DNA of 64,000 bases from Chlamydiales bacterium (GTDB lineage Bacteria > Chlamydiota > Chlamydiia > Chlamydiales > JAAZZY01): NCBI GenBank assembly GCA_965206695.1, contig CBDBKM010000003.1:1-64000 (forward strand), read 5' to 3'. Positions 55,630 to 64,000 of this stretch are shown here, piece by piece (within the stretch, counting starts at the first letter, position 1; every line of letters begins with the position of its first letter). The position numbers and the translations under genes are program-made. The notes beneath the pieces were generated by a model. That model made no database searches. It was not told the DNA's origin and saw only the letters and a program-made list of their open reading frames with translations.

Positions 55630-58602
55630 TCATATTGTTTTTATTTCTAAAGAAGACAGTTTTGCTTTCTTTAAAAGGAGATTTTCTTTTTCTAAGAAAT
55701 TTTTATCGGCAAAAGAAATAATAACCCCATCTTTCATTTTCGGAGCAATATGTTGGGCTACTGCCGAACGAATGTCTTTTTGATTGGCTTGGATTAAGCG
55801 GTCGCGAAATTGTTGTCGAGTTTCTTGGGTTTTTCCTTCTTTTAACCAGCAATAAGCAGTCAAAGTATGGCTCCCGGGAGATATAGGGCCGTCCATCTTT
55901 TGCAAGATGCCCAGCTTTGCTTCTTCAATATCATTTTCAGAAAATTGATTATCCATAATTTTTGTTACAGCATTATGAAATTGTACAACACTATTAGCAA
56001 GATGAGGGTCTCGATATGTGAAAAAGTAAAATTTACCCGTGTTGCTTTTATTAGAAGCTCCACTACCATAGGCGCCACCTTGCTCTCGAATAGCACTATG
56101 CAATGTAGTATTATCAAAAAGTCCGGAAGCAAGGCTTAAGAGAGGGGAAGCCGAATGCTGAAGTGGGATTGTATCAAAACACATACAGATAAAGGCAACA
56201 GGTGAAGAGATGATACGCCCTTGGCTATGGATTGGTTCAATTTTATAGTCCGGTTTAAAAGCTTCATAGGGTTTTGTTTTTAAGTTCGTAAGCCCATAAA
56301 AATCTCGATCTTGTATTTCTTGATAGTTTTTTTGATCACAAGCGGTAACAATATCAAAATTTTCAAGACATAACAGCTGCTCCTTTAACCTCTGCATTGT
56401 TTCACTAATAAACGGAATATTTTTTTTGAAGTCCTTAGCTAATTTTTTGATATGATGAAAATACGATAATCCATACCAATCATTTAGTATCTTACAAGGA
56501 GTATTCAATGAACTTGAAGCTAAAGTGGTAGCATAACGCATAGCGCTATGGTTGACATCGTTTTCTAAGTCTGTAACATGTTGGGATAATAGTTCTTCAA
56601 GACGAGCTAAGTCAGTGAAATCGGCAGTTTCTAACATATCGATCATTAAGGGATATAATTTGTCAGCTTTTCGTTTTAAAGCTTTACCCTGCAAAGAGAG
56701 AGTCGGTCTTAATTTTGTTGGGTCATTGGCTTGACAATGTAGATCTAAAGTTACATGGATGCCCCCGGTATGCGATTGGATATATTCGAGATTTGATATA
56801 TAATCACGTCCTCCACATCCGACTTGAGGAAGTAAATGAGAAAAAAGACGGACATAAGGGAGGTCTTGTTCGGAAATCTTAGGAAGAGGAAACATCACAT
56901 CAGTATAGATAATATTGTTAGTAAAAGAATCATGGAAATATAAATTAGCTTCATTTTTTCGATCAGTAGCTATTGGTATTTGTCTCGCTTTTTTAGATAC
57001 ATCTTTTAAAGTTATTTTGGGTAAAACATCAATATCTTCTTCTTCTTGTTTTTTTTGAAAAGCACTTAATTCCTTTGCTTTTGCTTTGATCTGATTCTTT
57101 TTTTCTTCACTAAGCCTCTCTTTTATTTTTAATAATCGCTTACGCTCATTTTCAGCTTCTTTAGTTGCTAACTCTTTATCAGGGAAAAGAGTTAAAGTAA
57201 CAAAATGAGGATTGTTAATAAGGTAACGTTTTAATAAATTCGGTAAATAATTAGGATCTTGAATTAAGCGATGTAATTCTTCAAATAGAGAATGAATCAT
57301 TAAACTCTTCTCAGGTTCCGCGCCATGCTGTTTAGAAGGCGCTAATCGCATAAATAATGAAAGGCCGAAAGGCCCTTGATCTGAAGAAATTTCACTACGA
57401 TGAAATTCTAACTGATGCAAAGCAGCTTCAATAAGATGCGAAGGGATTTTTCCGTCAACAAAGGAATTCAGAGTTTGAAAAACAATGGTTTTTACTTCTT
57501 CTAAAGATTGTTCCTTACAGCCTTCTAAAATAAGAATATAAGGTGCTTCGCAAAGATCTTCATCTAAAAAACCATAAGCGTTTTTACATAACCCGGATTT
57601 TAGTAGGGCGTATTTTAAGGGAGCAGCATCTGTGCCCATCAAGATAACTTCTAAAAGATTTAAGCCTAAAATATCGGTTTGTTCAGTCAGATGACAAGTC
57701 AACCATCCTAATGCAATAAAAGTTTTATCGGTTATGTCCTCATTGGGATTAGCAGGATAAGCTTGTTTAAACGTTTGCTCAGAGGTGTAGCGTTTTTGAA
57801 GAGGAATAGGGGGAAGAGGGCTCATTTTTTTAGCCTCTTTAAGGGCATGGGTCTCTATAAAGTCGAGATGCTCTTCTGTAGGACGGTTACCATAAAAATA
57901 GAAAAGACAACGCCCCTTTTGATAATATCTTTTATGGAAGTCTCGTAATTGCCGGTAAGTTAAATCAGGAATAACTTTAGGGTCACCTCCTGAGTTATAG
58001 TGATAAGTCGTGCCGGGATAGATGCCTGACATGATAGCTTCCCATAAGCGTGATATTGGTGAAGATAAAGCCCCTTTCATCTCATTGAAAACAATACCCT
58101 TATATTCTAAATCTGAATTAGGATCATCGAGGTTATTAAATTCTAAACGATGCCCTTCTTGTAGAAAGCTTAATTCATATAAGTTTGGTTCGAAAACAGC
58201 ATCCAGATAAACTTCTAATAGATTTTCGAAATCTTTAGGTACTTGTGAGGCTGCCGGATAATAGGTCATATCCGCACCGGTTAAAGCATTGATATAGGTA
58301 TTTAAGCTTCGCCTGCTCATAGAAAAAAACGGATCTTTAACCGGATATTTTTTTGAACCGCAAAGAACAGTATGTTCAAGTATATGAGCAACCCCATTGG
58401 AACTATCAGGTCGTGTATGAAAAGTTAAGCAAAAGGCAGTCTCTTCATCATCGTTGCAAATATGAATGACTTCAGCCCCACTGGGAAGATGTTCAATTTC
58501 TTTATAAACACACTGTAATTCATCTATATGAATGAGTTTGGTCAATTTAAAATTTTTGTAGGTATCCCCGACTTTTGATAATTTTAACATATTTTTTGAC
58601 AT
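55630..58602 (-). CDS. Insulinase-family (M16C, PreP-like) metallopeptidase
   Basis: HILEHTVLCGS, VFNEMKG, IREQGGAYG. Confidence 0.93.
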   Translation of the reverse strand: MSKNMLKLSKVGDTYKNFKLTKLIHIDELQCVYKEIEHLPSGAEVIHICNDDEETAFCLTFHTRPDSSNGVAHILEHTVLCGSKKYPVKDPFFSMSRRSLNTYINALTGADMTYYPAASQVPKDFENLLEVYLDAVFEPNLYELSFLQEGHRLEFNNLDDPNSDLEYKGIVFNEMKGALSSPISRLWEAIMSGIYPGTTYHYNSGGDPKVIPDLTYRQLRDFHKRYYQKGRCLFYFYGNRPTEEHLDFIETHALKEAKKMSPLPPIPLQKRYTSEQTFKQAYPANPNEDITDKTFIALGWLTCHLTEQTDILGLNLLEVILMGTDAAPLKYALLKSGLCKNAYGFLDEDLCEAPYILILEGCKEQSLEEVKTIVFQTLNSFVDGKIPSHLIEAALHQLEFHRSEISSDQGPFGLSLFMRLAPSKQHGAEPEKSLMIHSLFEELHRLIQDPNYLPNLLKRYLINNPHFVTLTLFPDKELATKEAENERKRLLKIKERLSEEKKNQIKAKAKELSAFQKKQEEEDIDVLPKITLKDVSKKARQIPIATDRKNEANLYFHDSFTNNIIYTDVMFPLPKISEQDLPYVRLFSHLLPQVGCGGRDYISNLEYIQSHTGGIHVTLDLHCQANDPTKLRPTLSLQGKALKRKADKLYPLMIDMLETADFTDLARLEELLSQHVTDLENDVNHSAMRYATTLASSSLNTPCKILNDWYGLSYFHHIKKLAKDFKKNIPFISETMQRLKEQLLCLENFDIVTACDQKNYQEIQDRDFYGLTNLKTKPYEAFKPDYKIEPIHSQGRIISSPVAFICMCFDTIPLQHSASPLLSLASGLFDNTTLHSAIREQGGAYGSGASNKSNTGKFYFFTYRDPHLANSVVQFHNAVTKIMDNQFSENDIEEAKLGILQKMDGPISPGSHTLTAYCWLKEGKTQETRQQFRDRLIQANQKDIRSAVAQHIAPKMKDGVIISFADKNFLEKENLLLKKAKLSSLEIKTI

Positions 58603-58744
58603 GTAGTTCTTCCAAGAATAAGAATTTTAAAAACAAGATATAATTTAAGGATAGAGTCTAATATATAGCAGAATTTTTCCCAAAGCTTTTGAAAACAATC
58701 AAAAAAGATATCAATATTATGAGTGCTTCAAATTTAGGATTTCT

Positions 58745-58785
58745 GACAACTAAGCGAGAAAACCCCTGCTTAAGTATTGAGATGA
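58745..58785 (+). mobile_element. Solo IS605 left-end remnant
   Basis: GACAACTAAGCGAGAAAACCCCTGC similar to 13390 and 26620. Confidence 0.55.
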
Positions 58786-58815
58786 TCGCCTCTTAAATTA
58801 AATGAATATCATAAT

Positions 58816-59013
58816 TTATATTTTTTTATGTACCTGATCAGTAGCGAAGAATATATCCTGTCGGCCGTCGCTATTGCTTTTTAGCTCTTGATAAACGGTA
58901 GATTTGCTTACTTTAATTGCTTTGCCTATGCAGTTAATTGAATCTCCTCTTTGTTTTAAAGTATATATTTGGCATCTTTGCTCATAGTTTAAATATCGGG
59001 AACCTTTAAGCAT
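58816..59013 (-). pseudogene. IS30-family transposase HTH fragment
   Basis: LNYEQRCQIYTLK...SKSTVYQELK. Confidence 0.7.
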
Positions 59014-59432
59014 AAAAATCCCTCTATAATATTTTTTATCAAAAATTTACCATAGAGATTTTACCGGCATTTGGCTATTTTCAAATACTTTTTATTTGTC
59101 GCGCTTCGATATTATAAGGGCGTGATTCGCAGGGAGCAATGTAAGTACGCCAAAACCTATTGTTACGACAGGCAGCGGAAACAATCCAAAAGTTATCCGT
59201 TTGAAACTTAAGGGTGAAAGGTTGGATGCGTTTAAAATAGATTTTGTATTTGATGATATTGCTCTTAATTTTGGTATTGATTCCGGCGCTTCTTTTTTCT
59301 TAACCAAAACAACGGATTGTTATCCGAAGCCGGTTGGAAAAGCTAGTCGATACCGATTAGGAAAATCTTTATTTCCTTTCATATGTCTGAACAATTGGAA
59401 ATGAAAAAAGATGAGCTAAAGGCATAATCTTA

Positions 59433-59460
59433 AATCACAGCGCTTTTAAGCGTTGTGATT
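59433..59460 (-). terminator. Hairpin downstream of methyltransferase
   Basis: AATCACAGCGCTT-TT-AAGCGTTGTGATT. Confidence 0.5.
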
Positions 59461-59477
59461 ATGATACATTCCTATAT

Positions 59478-60338
59478 TTAAGAATTGTTTGGATTAATCG
59501 CTTCTGCTTCCAATCGATCTACGGTAAAGTGAACTTGTCCTAATGTATCAGCGGGCATTATTTCTAAATATCGATCAATTAAAGAAGATAAAAAGAGCTG
59601 TTTTTGATCTTCCGGTAATGGTTGCAAGTAAGGCAGCCATTGGCCGACAAAATTTTGAAACGCATCTTTTGAAGCAAACACATCTTCATATTCAACAAGC
59701 TCGACTCTAAGCGGTTTTAGTCCGGCATCTTCTAAAAGACCGGTATATTCATTTGGAAAGTAAAAACGCCATTCCGGTTTGAAATCGATGAAATAGCCGT
59801 ACCACTGTTCCTTATTGATTAAATCTTTGATGGCTGTATCTAAAGCAGCCGGCATAGTAGGCATTTGGATCATGACATAGCCTAAAGGTTTTAAACTTTT
59901 TCGTATGCCTTGCAAGGCTGATAATTGATTTTGGACAAAATGCAAAGCTGTAAAAGATACCGCTACATCGAATTTTTGTTCGAAGTCTAAAGTAGCTGCA
60001 TCTTTCAATGAAAAAGAAATATTAGTGATATCAGAAAAATTAGTTTGAGCGAAGTCAATCATAGAAGGAGAGATGTCAACTCCTACAACAGAGCCTTTCG
60101 GTAATAATTCGGCAATTGATGCTGATACATTCCCTGATCCACATCCAACATCTAATACTTGCTCATATCCAAGAAATTTATATCGGGCCAAGAAGGTATT
60201 AGCGGTATTACTTTGAGATTGAGAGAATTCATGATAAGTTTCGCCGTTCCACGTATCCGATACTGCTAGAATACAAGGAGAACTTAATAGGAAAAATGAT
60301 AAGACAAATGCAAGCATTAGATTTGAAAAAACAGCCAT
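59478..60338 (-). CDS. Class I SAM-dependent methyltransferase with signal-peptide-like N-terminus
   Basis: VLDVGCGSG, GVDISPSMI, FDVAVS..ALH. Confidence 0.9.
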   Translation of the reverse strand: MAVFSNLMLAFVLSFFLLSSPCILAVSDTWNGETYHEFSQSQSNTANTFLARYKFLGYEQVLDVGCGSGNVSASIAELLPKGSVVGVDISPSMIDFAQTNFSDITNISFSLKDAATLDFEQKFDVAVSFTALHFVQNQLSALQGIRKSLKPLGYVMIQMPTMPAALDTAIKDLINKEQWYGYFIDFKPEWRFYFPNEYTGLLEDAGLKPLRVELVEYEDVFASKDAFQNFVGQWLPYLQPLPEDQKQLFLSSLIDRYLEIMPADTLGQVHFTVDRLEAEAINPNNS

Positions 60339-60563
60339 AAAAAACCCTTTAACATAGGAGATGTTTAAAATTATTTAAGGGATAAGGCTACAAAGAATGA
60401 GGAAATTTGTCAATCCAGGAAAATGCTTCTTCAAATGATTTAGAGAATTGGAAGATGATTTCATCGCCTTTTTCCTTACCAATGACTTGAAGGCCAAAAG
60501 GTAGTCCGGCATCTGTAAATCCACAAGGGAGATTGCCTGCAGGTTGCCCACTAAATATTAAAT

Positions 60564-61945
60564 GGGACTGTTGAAATCTAAGTGACTATTTTTCTAAAAA
60601 GCTGTTATGTTTTTTTTTAAAGGAAAGGTGTGGAATCAAATAGAAATGGTCAGTTTAGAAGATTTCATTCCCGAAACGCATAATTACCGTAAATTCGATC
60701 AAATTTGGTCTTTTAAATCTGTAGAGAAAAAGCTAAAGCAATTGGAGAAAAATAATCCTTATAAAGGACTCGGACTTCTTCGATTATTTAAATGCTTACT
60801 TCTTCAGTTCATGGAAAATTTAAGCGATCGAGAGCCGGAACGCTACATTCAAGAGAATACTGCAGCCAAGTGGTTGTGTCGCTTTAGTTTGAGAGAGAAT
60901 ACTCCTGATCATACCACTTTTTGTAAAGTTAGGCACAAAATAGGGACAAAGATCCTATCCAAAATTTTCGCTGACTTAAGAGATCAACTAAGAAAACAAA
61001 GAGTGATGAATGAGGTTTTTAGCTTCGTAGACACCACTCATTTAATTGCTAAAGCCAATTTATGGAAAGAACGAGATAACGCCCTACAAACCAAATACAA
61101 GAAATTAAATAATGAGGTACTACCGACGGTTGCCGGCGATAGACAAGCCCGTATTGGTTGTAAGGGTAATAATAAATTTTGGTACGGTTATAAAAAACAT
61201 ATCAACCTGAGTTTTGGGTTTAAGTTGTTGGTATTTAATGAAGGGTATATATGAAAATTGTGCTTTTATATATATATCAGCCAAAAGTAAAGGGATACAA
61301 CAGGATTTTTAAATGAAAATTAATCTATCTATTTTGAATACAGTAGGATAAACCCACAACTCAAGTTACCTATGGTCATTTAAACCTAAAACTCAGGTTA
61401 TCAGTGTAGATATGCAGAGTGGTTTAATTAATAAAGTAGCCATTACACCGGGTAATAAAACAGATGCTCAAGGTTTGGAACATGTCTGTCCTACTCAAGG
61501 AGCCATTTATGCAGATTAAAGGTTATTGTACGAATCCGGCTAAGCAAGTTGCGGCTAAACGTACGTGTCATTTAGCTGCTATTAAGAAAAATAATATGAA
61601 GGAAAAGAATAAAGACTGCGATCGATAGTATAGTGGTTTACGCTCGCCCTATGAGTGAGTTTTTTCTCAGGATCCTAAGCGTATCCGTTATCGTGGTGTT
61701 TCTAAAGAACCAATTTTTGGCCTTTATGCAAGCGATCAGCTTTAATTTAAAACGCTTATTTGGTGCTTCATTTCCCAAATGTTTGTTTAAATTGAAGGAT
61801 AGCTATGTCTGTTCCGTTACATTTTTCGGCTTGCAACAGCAAACTCCTATAAATCGCTTTAAAAGCTTCTATAATAAACGATTAAAATCCGACCCGATTT
61901 TTTTCATTGCTAAATCCTAAAAACCTGTTAGATCGCAACACACCC
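60564..61945 (+). mobile_element. IS5-like element, transposase pseudogene
   Basis: Imperfect TIR GGGACTGTTGAAATCTA / TAGATCGCAACACACCC; TAAAT on both flanks; LSDRE.E, TPDHTTF, WYGYKKH. Confidence 0.8.
61204..61399. mobile_element. 196-bp MITE inside the IS5-like transposase
   Basis: 20-bp TIR AACCTGAGTTTTGGGTTTAA / TTAAACCTAAAACTCAGGTT; ATC duplication; removal restores KHISVD. Confidence 0.85.
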
Positions 61946-62085
61946 TAAATAGACATTTAGTTTTGGATTCAATCTTTCTATACGCCCTAGAAATGCTTCT
62001 GTCAGCTCAACACAAGAAATTTCTTTTTTTAAAAGCAATTGTCTTAATTGATAGGCAGGCATAAAAAAAAGTTCATTTCCTTGAA

Positions 62086-63291
62086 TCATGTGTTAGCCTT
62101 TTGGTCGTGGGACTTTAATTTGAGGAATACAATAAAAACAAACAGTAGAACTAAGGATAAGGTGATAAAAAAAATCGATATTGGAATTAACGTGTTCATT
62201 CTAAAAGCAGATAAAATAGCTGATAAGATAGCCCCCCATAAAGAAGGTCCGAAACCGGTTAAGGCAGCGGCTACTCCTGCATTTTCTTTGAAGACTGTCA
62301 AAGCTCCCGTGTTACAGTTGGGACTAATCATCCCTGTGCCAAGCGCGTAAAATACCATCGGTAGTAAAATAGCTAAAATATTGAAAAGATCTAAAAACGC
62401 TAAAATACAATATGAAATACCGGCTGCTATCATGATGCAAAGGCTAATGAAGATCATGGGGTCCGGGTGAACTCGATGAGATAATCGACGAGCAACAAAA
62501 GCTCCACCCATATAACCGATAACGTTGGCTATTAAAAGGTAACTGTAGGTTGCCTTATTCAAATGGATATTGATAATATAAAGAAAGGGAGCAACCGTGT
62601 AGTAACTCATAAGGCCACCAAAAGCCATACCGTAGATGAGGAGATATCCGACAAATTTTCTATGAGACAAAAGTGTGGTCATCGTTTTAAAAAAACCACT
62701 TAAATCTAATGTTAGAAGTTTTTTTCTGTTTGTTTCCCATAAATGTAGATAAGTAGTAAAAGATAGGAGGCCGCCAATAATAACGAGTAAAAAAAAGATT
62801 GCTCGCCAGCCTAACCAATTATCAATATAAGACCCTATAACAGGCGCTACCATTGGTGTTACAGCTACAATAATAGCAGATGTTGCCATGGTATGTGTCA
62901 GTTGTTTTCTATCAAAGTGATCCGTAAGCATAGAGCGTATTAAGACAGGGCCAACACCCATTCCAATAGACTCAATAAAACGACCAAGCGAAAAAAAGAA
63001 AATATTGAAAGATAACCCGGAAATAAACGCACCTGTAGTTGTTGCGATTAACCCTAAAAATAGTATGGGCTTTCTTCCGAAACGATCTGATAAAGAGCCC
63101 CAAATTAATTGAGATAAAGAAAACCCTAACAGAAAAAGAGAAACGGTTAATTTAACATAGATTTCTGAGGTATTAAAAATAGTAGAGAGTTGAGGTAGAA
63201 CGGGTAGATAAATATTAACAGAGAGCCAACCAAATAAGAAAACTGAATAAGCAAAAAATTTAATATAACGTTCTTTTTTTGATTCTAACAT
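62086..63291 (-). CDS. MFS transporter, Bcr/CflA (DHA1) type
   Basis: IYLPVLP, GSLSDRFGRKP, APVIG; ~12 TM segments. Confidence 0.9.
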   Translation of the reverse strand: MLESKKERYIKFFAYSVFLFGWLSVNIYLPVLPQLSTIFNTSEIYVKLTVSLFLLGFSLSQLIWGSLSDRFGRKPILFLGLIATTTGAFISGLSFNIFFFSLGRFIESIGMGVGPVLIRSMLTDHFDRKQLTHTMATSAIIVAVTPMVAPVIGSYIDNWLGWRAIFFLLVIIGGLLSFTTYLHLWETNRKKLLTLDLSGFFKTMTTLLSHRKFVGYLLIYGMAFGGLMSYYTVAPFLYIINIHLNKATYSYLLIANVIGYMGGAFVARRLSHRVHPDPMIFISLCIMIAAGISYCILAFLDLFNILAILLPMVFYALGTGMISPNCNTGALTVFKENAGVAAALTGFGPSLWGAILSAILSAFRMNTLIPISIFFITLSLVLLFVFIVFLKLKSHDQKANT

Positions 63292-63489
63292 ATGCGATAC
63301 TTAACACAATTATTTCCTGCTTGATCGTAGAGTCTTATATTTTTAAAATGCATGTTTTAGATTTAATTTCCGGAAATTAAAGAAATTAAGAACCATCTGA
63401 ATAACTCACCTTATGCAAGGTTAGTATAAAAATTTTTCTATAGATATTAGAATTTTCTTTCAATTTTGAGGAGAGAACGTATCAAAAGA

Positions 63490-63935
63490 TCTTTTAGATG
63501 TAAAACTAAATCAAGAGCTTTTTGAATCTCAGATAAAAAAGACCCGTGATATAAATGAACGTAATCGTTTATGTGTGCTTTTTTCACGAGATGACGGTCC
63601 GGAACCTGATCTCATTGCTCATGTTCTGCGCCTAAGCCGGTCGAGCGTTTATGAATATTTGAGGGAATTTCAATCAGAAGGAAAAAATCGGCATGATACT
63701 TGATTTTGCGTAAGGTTGAGTGAGGAAATGAGAAAGCCAATCAACTATCTATGAAGGTTAAAGAACTTGATATTATGCCTGACCATATACATATGTTTAT
63801 CAAAACTCAACCCATTCAATCTCTAAAGTTTGCAATTGGTCAACTTAAAAGATACGGTAGTCATTTGTTAAGACAAGAATTCTCAAGTTTAAACGCTCGA
63901 TCGCCTACATTATGGACAAGATATTAGTATGCTGA
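63490..63935 (+). pseudogene. IS630 HTH remnant followed by IS200 tnpA remnant
   Basis: Repeat of 13940-14105; then MPDHIHMFIK..GQLK. Confidence 0.65.
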
Positions 63936-64000
63936 TAATATGTATTTAAATGATCAATTCACTGAATCGGACTATTTTGAAATATTCAGCGAAGGCCAAT

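Larger units (their letters stand above)
60388..62089 (-). pseudogene. Amidase-signature protein: only N- and C-termini remain, separated by IS5-like element
   Basis: 62089-61946 ...KKEISCVELTEAFLGRIERLNPKLNVYL; 60563-60388 SGQPAGNLPCGFTDAGLPFGLQVIG... Confidence 0.8.

Noticed and set aside
59092..59404. Overlapping short ORFs on both strands
   Set aside because: Probably a gene relic, but no family could be recognised

Overview
AT-rich chromosomal window from a member of the Chlamydiae, most likely an environmental or symbiotic lineage. The evidence is gapA-grgA adjacency, a class Ic nrdB with a multi-ATP-cone nrdA next to pssA, yccA-ftsY-sucCD, htrA plus insulinase, and a lexA. The core blocks (about 7-19 kb and 43-58.6 kb) alternate with decaying accessory DNA. 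That DNA includes one integrative element at tRNA-Phe and a tandem array of two, probably three, elements downstream of tRNA-Leu(TAA), with partial tRNA copies at 26420, 38425 and 42451. Two of these elements share the layout tyrosine integrase, unknown ORF, small HTH, DUF3987/YfjI-like gene. The window is heavily colonised by one ~935-bp IS630 (8 full-span copies plus a composite remnant), along with IS200/IS605 (tnpA/tnpB), IS5-like, IS701, IS30 and MITE remnants. The most notable inferred signals are: (1) a 669-aa protein with eukaryote-type HECT E3 ligase motifs and 35-aa repeats; (2) a higB-higA operon extended by a coupled gene with PIN-like motifs; (3) an MFS-amidase-methyltransferase operon whose amidase is hidden, split and internally deleted at an IS; (4) a strong CCGG enrichment in host DNA that is absent from the young island. 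All calls come from reading motifs by eye; no searches were run.
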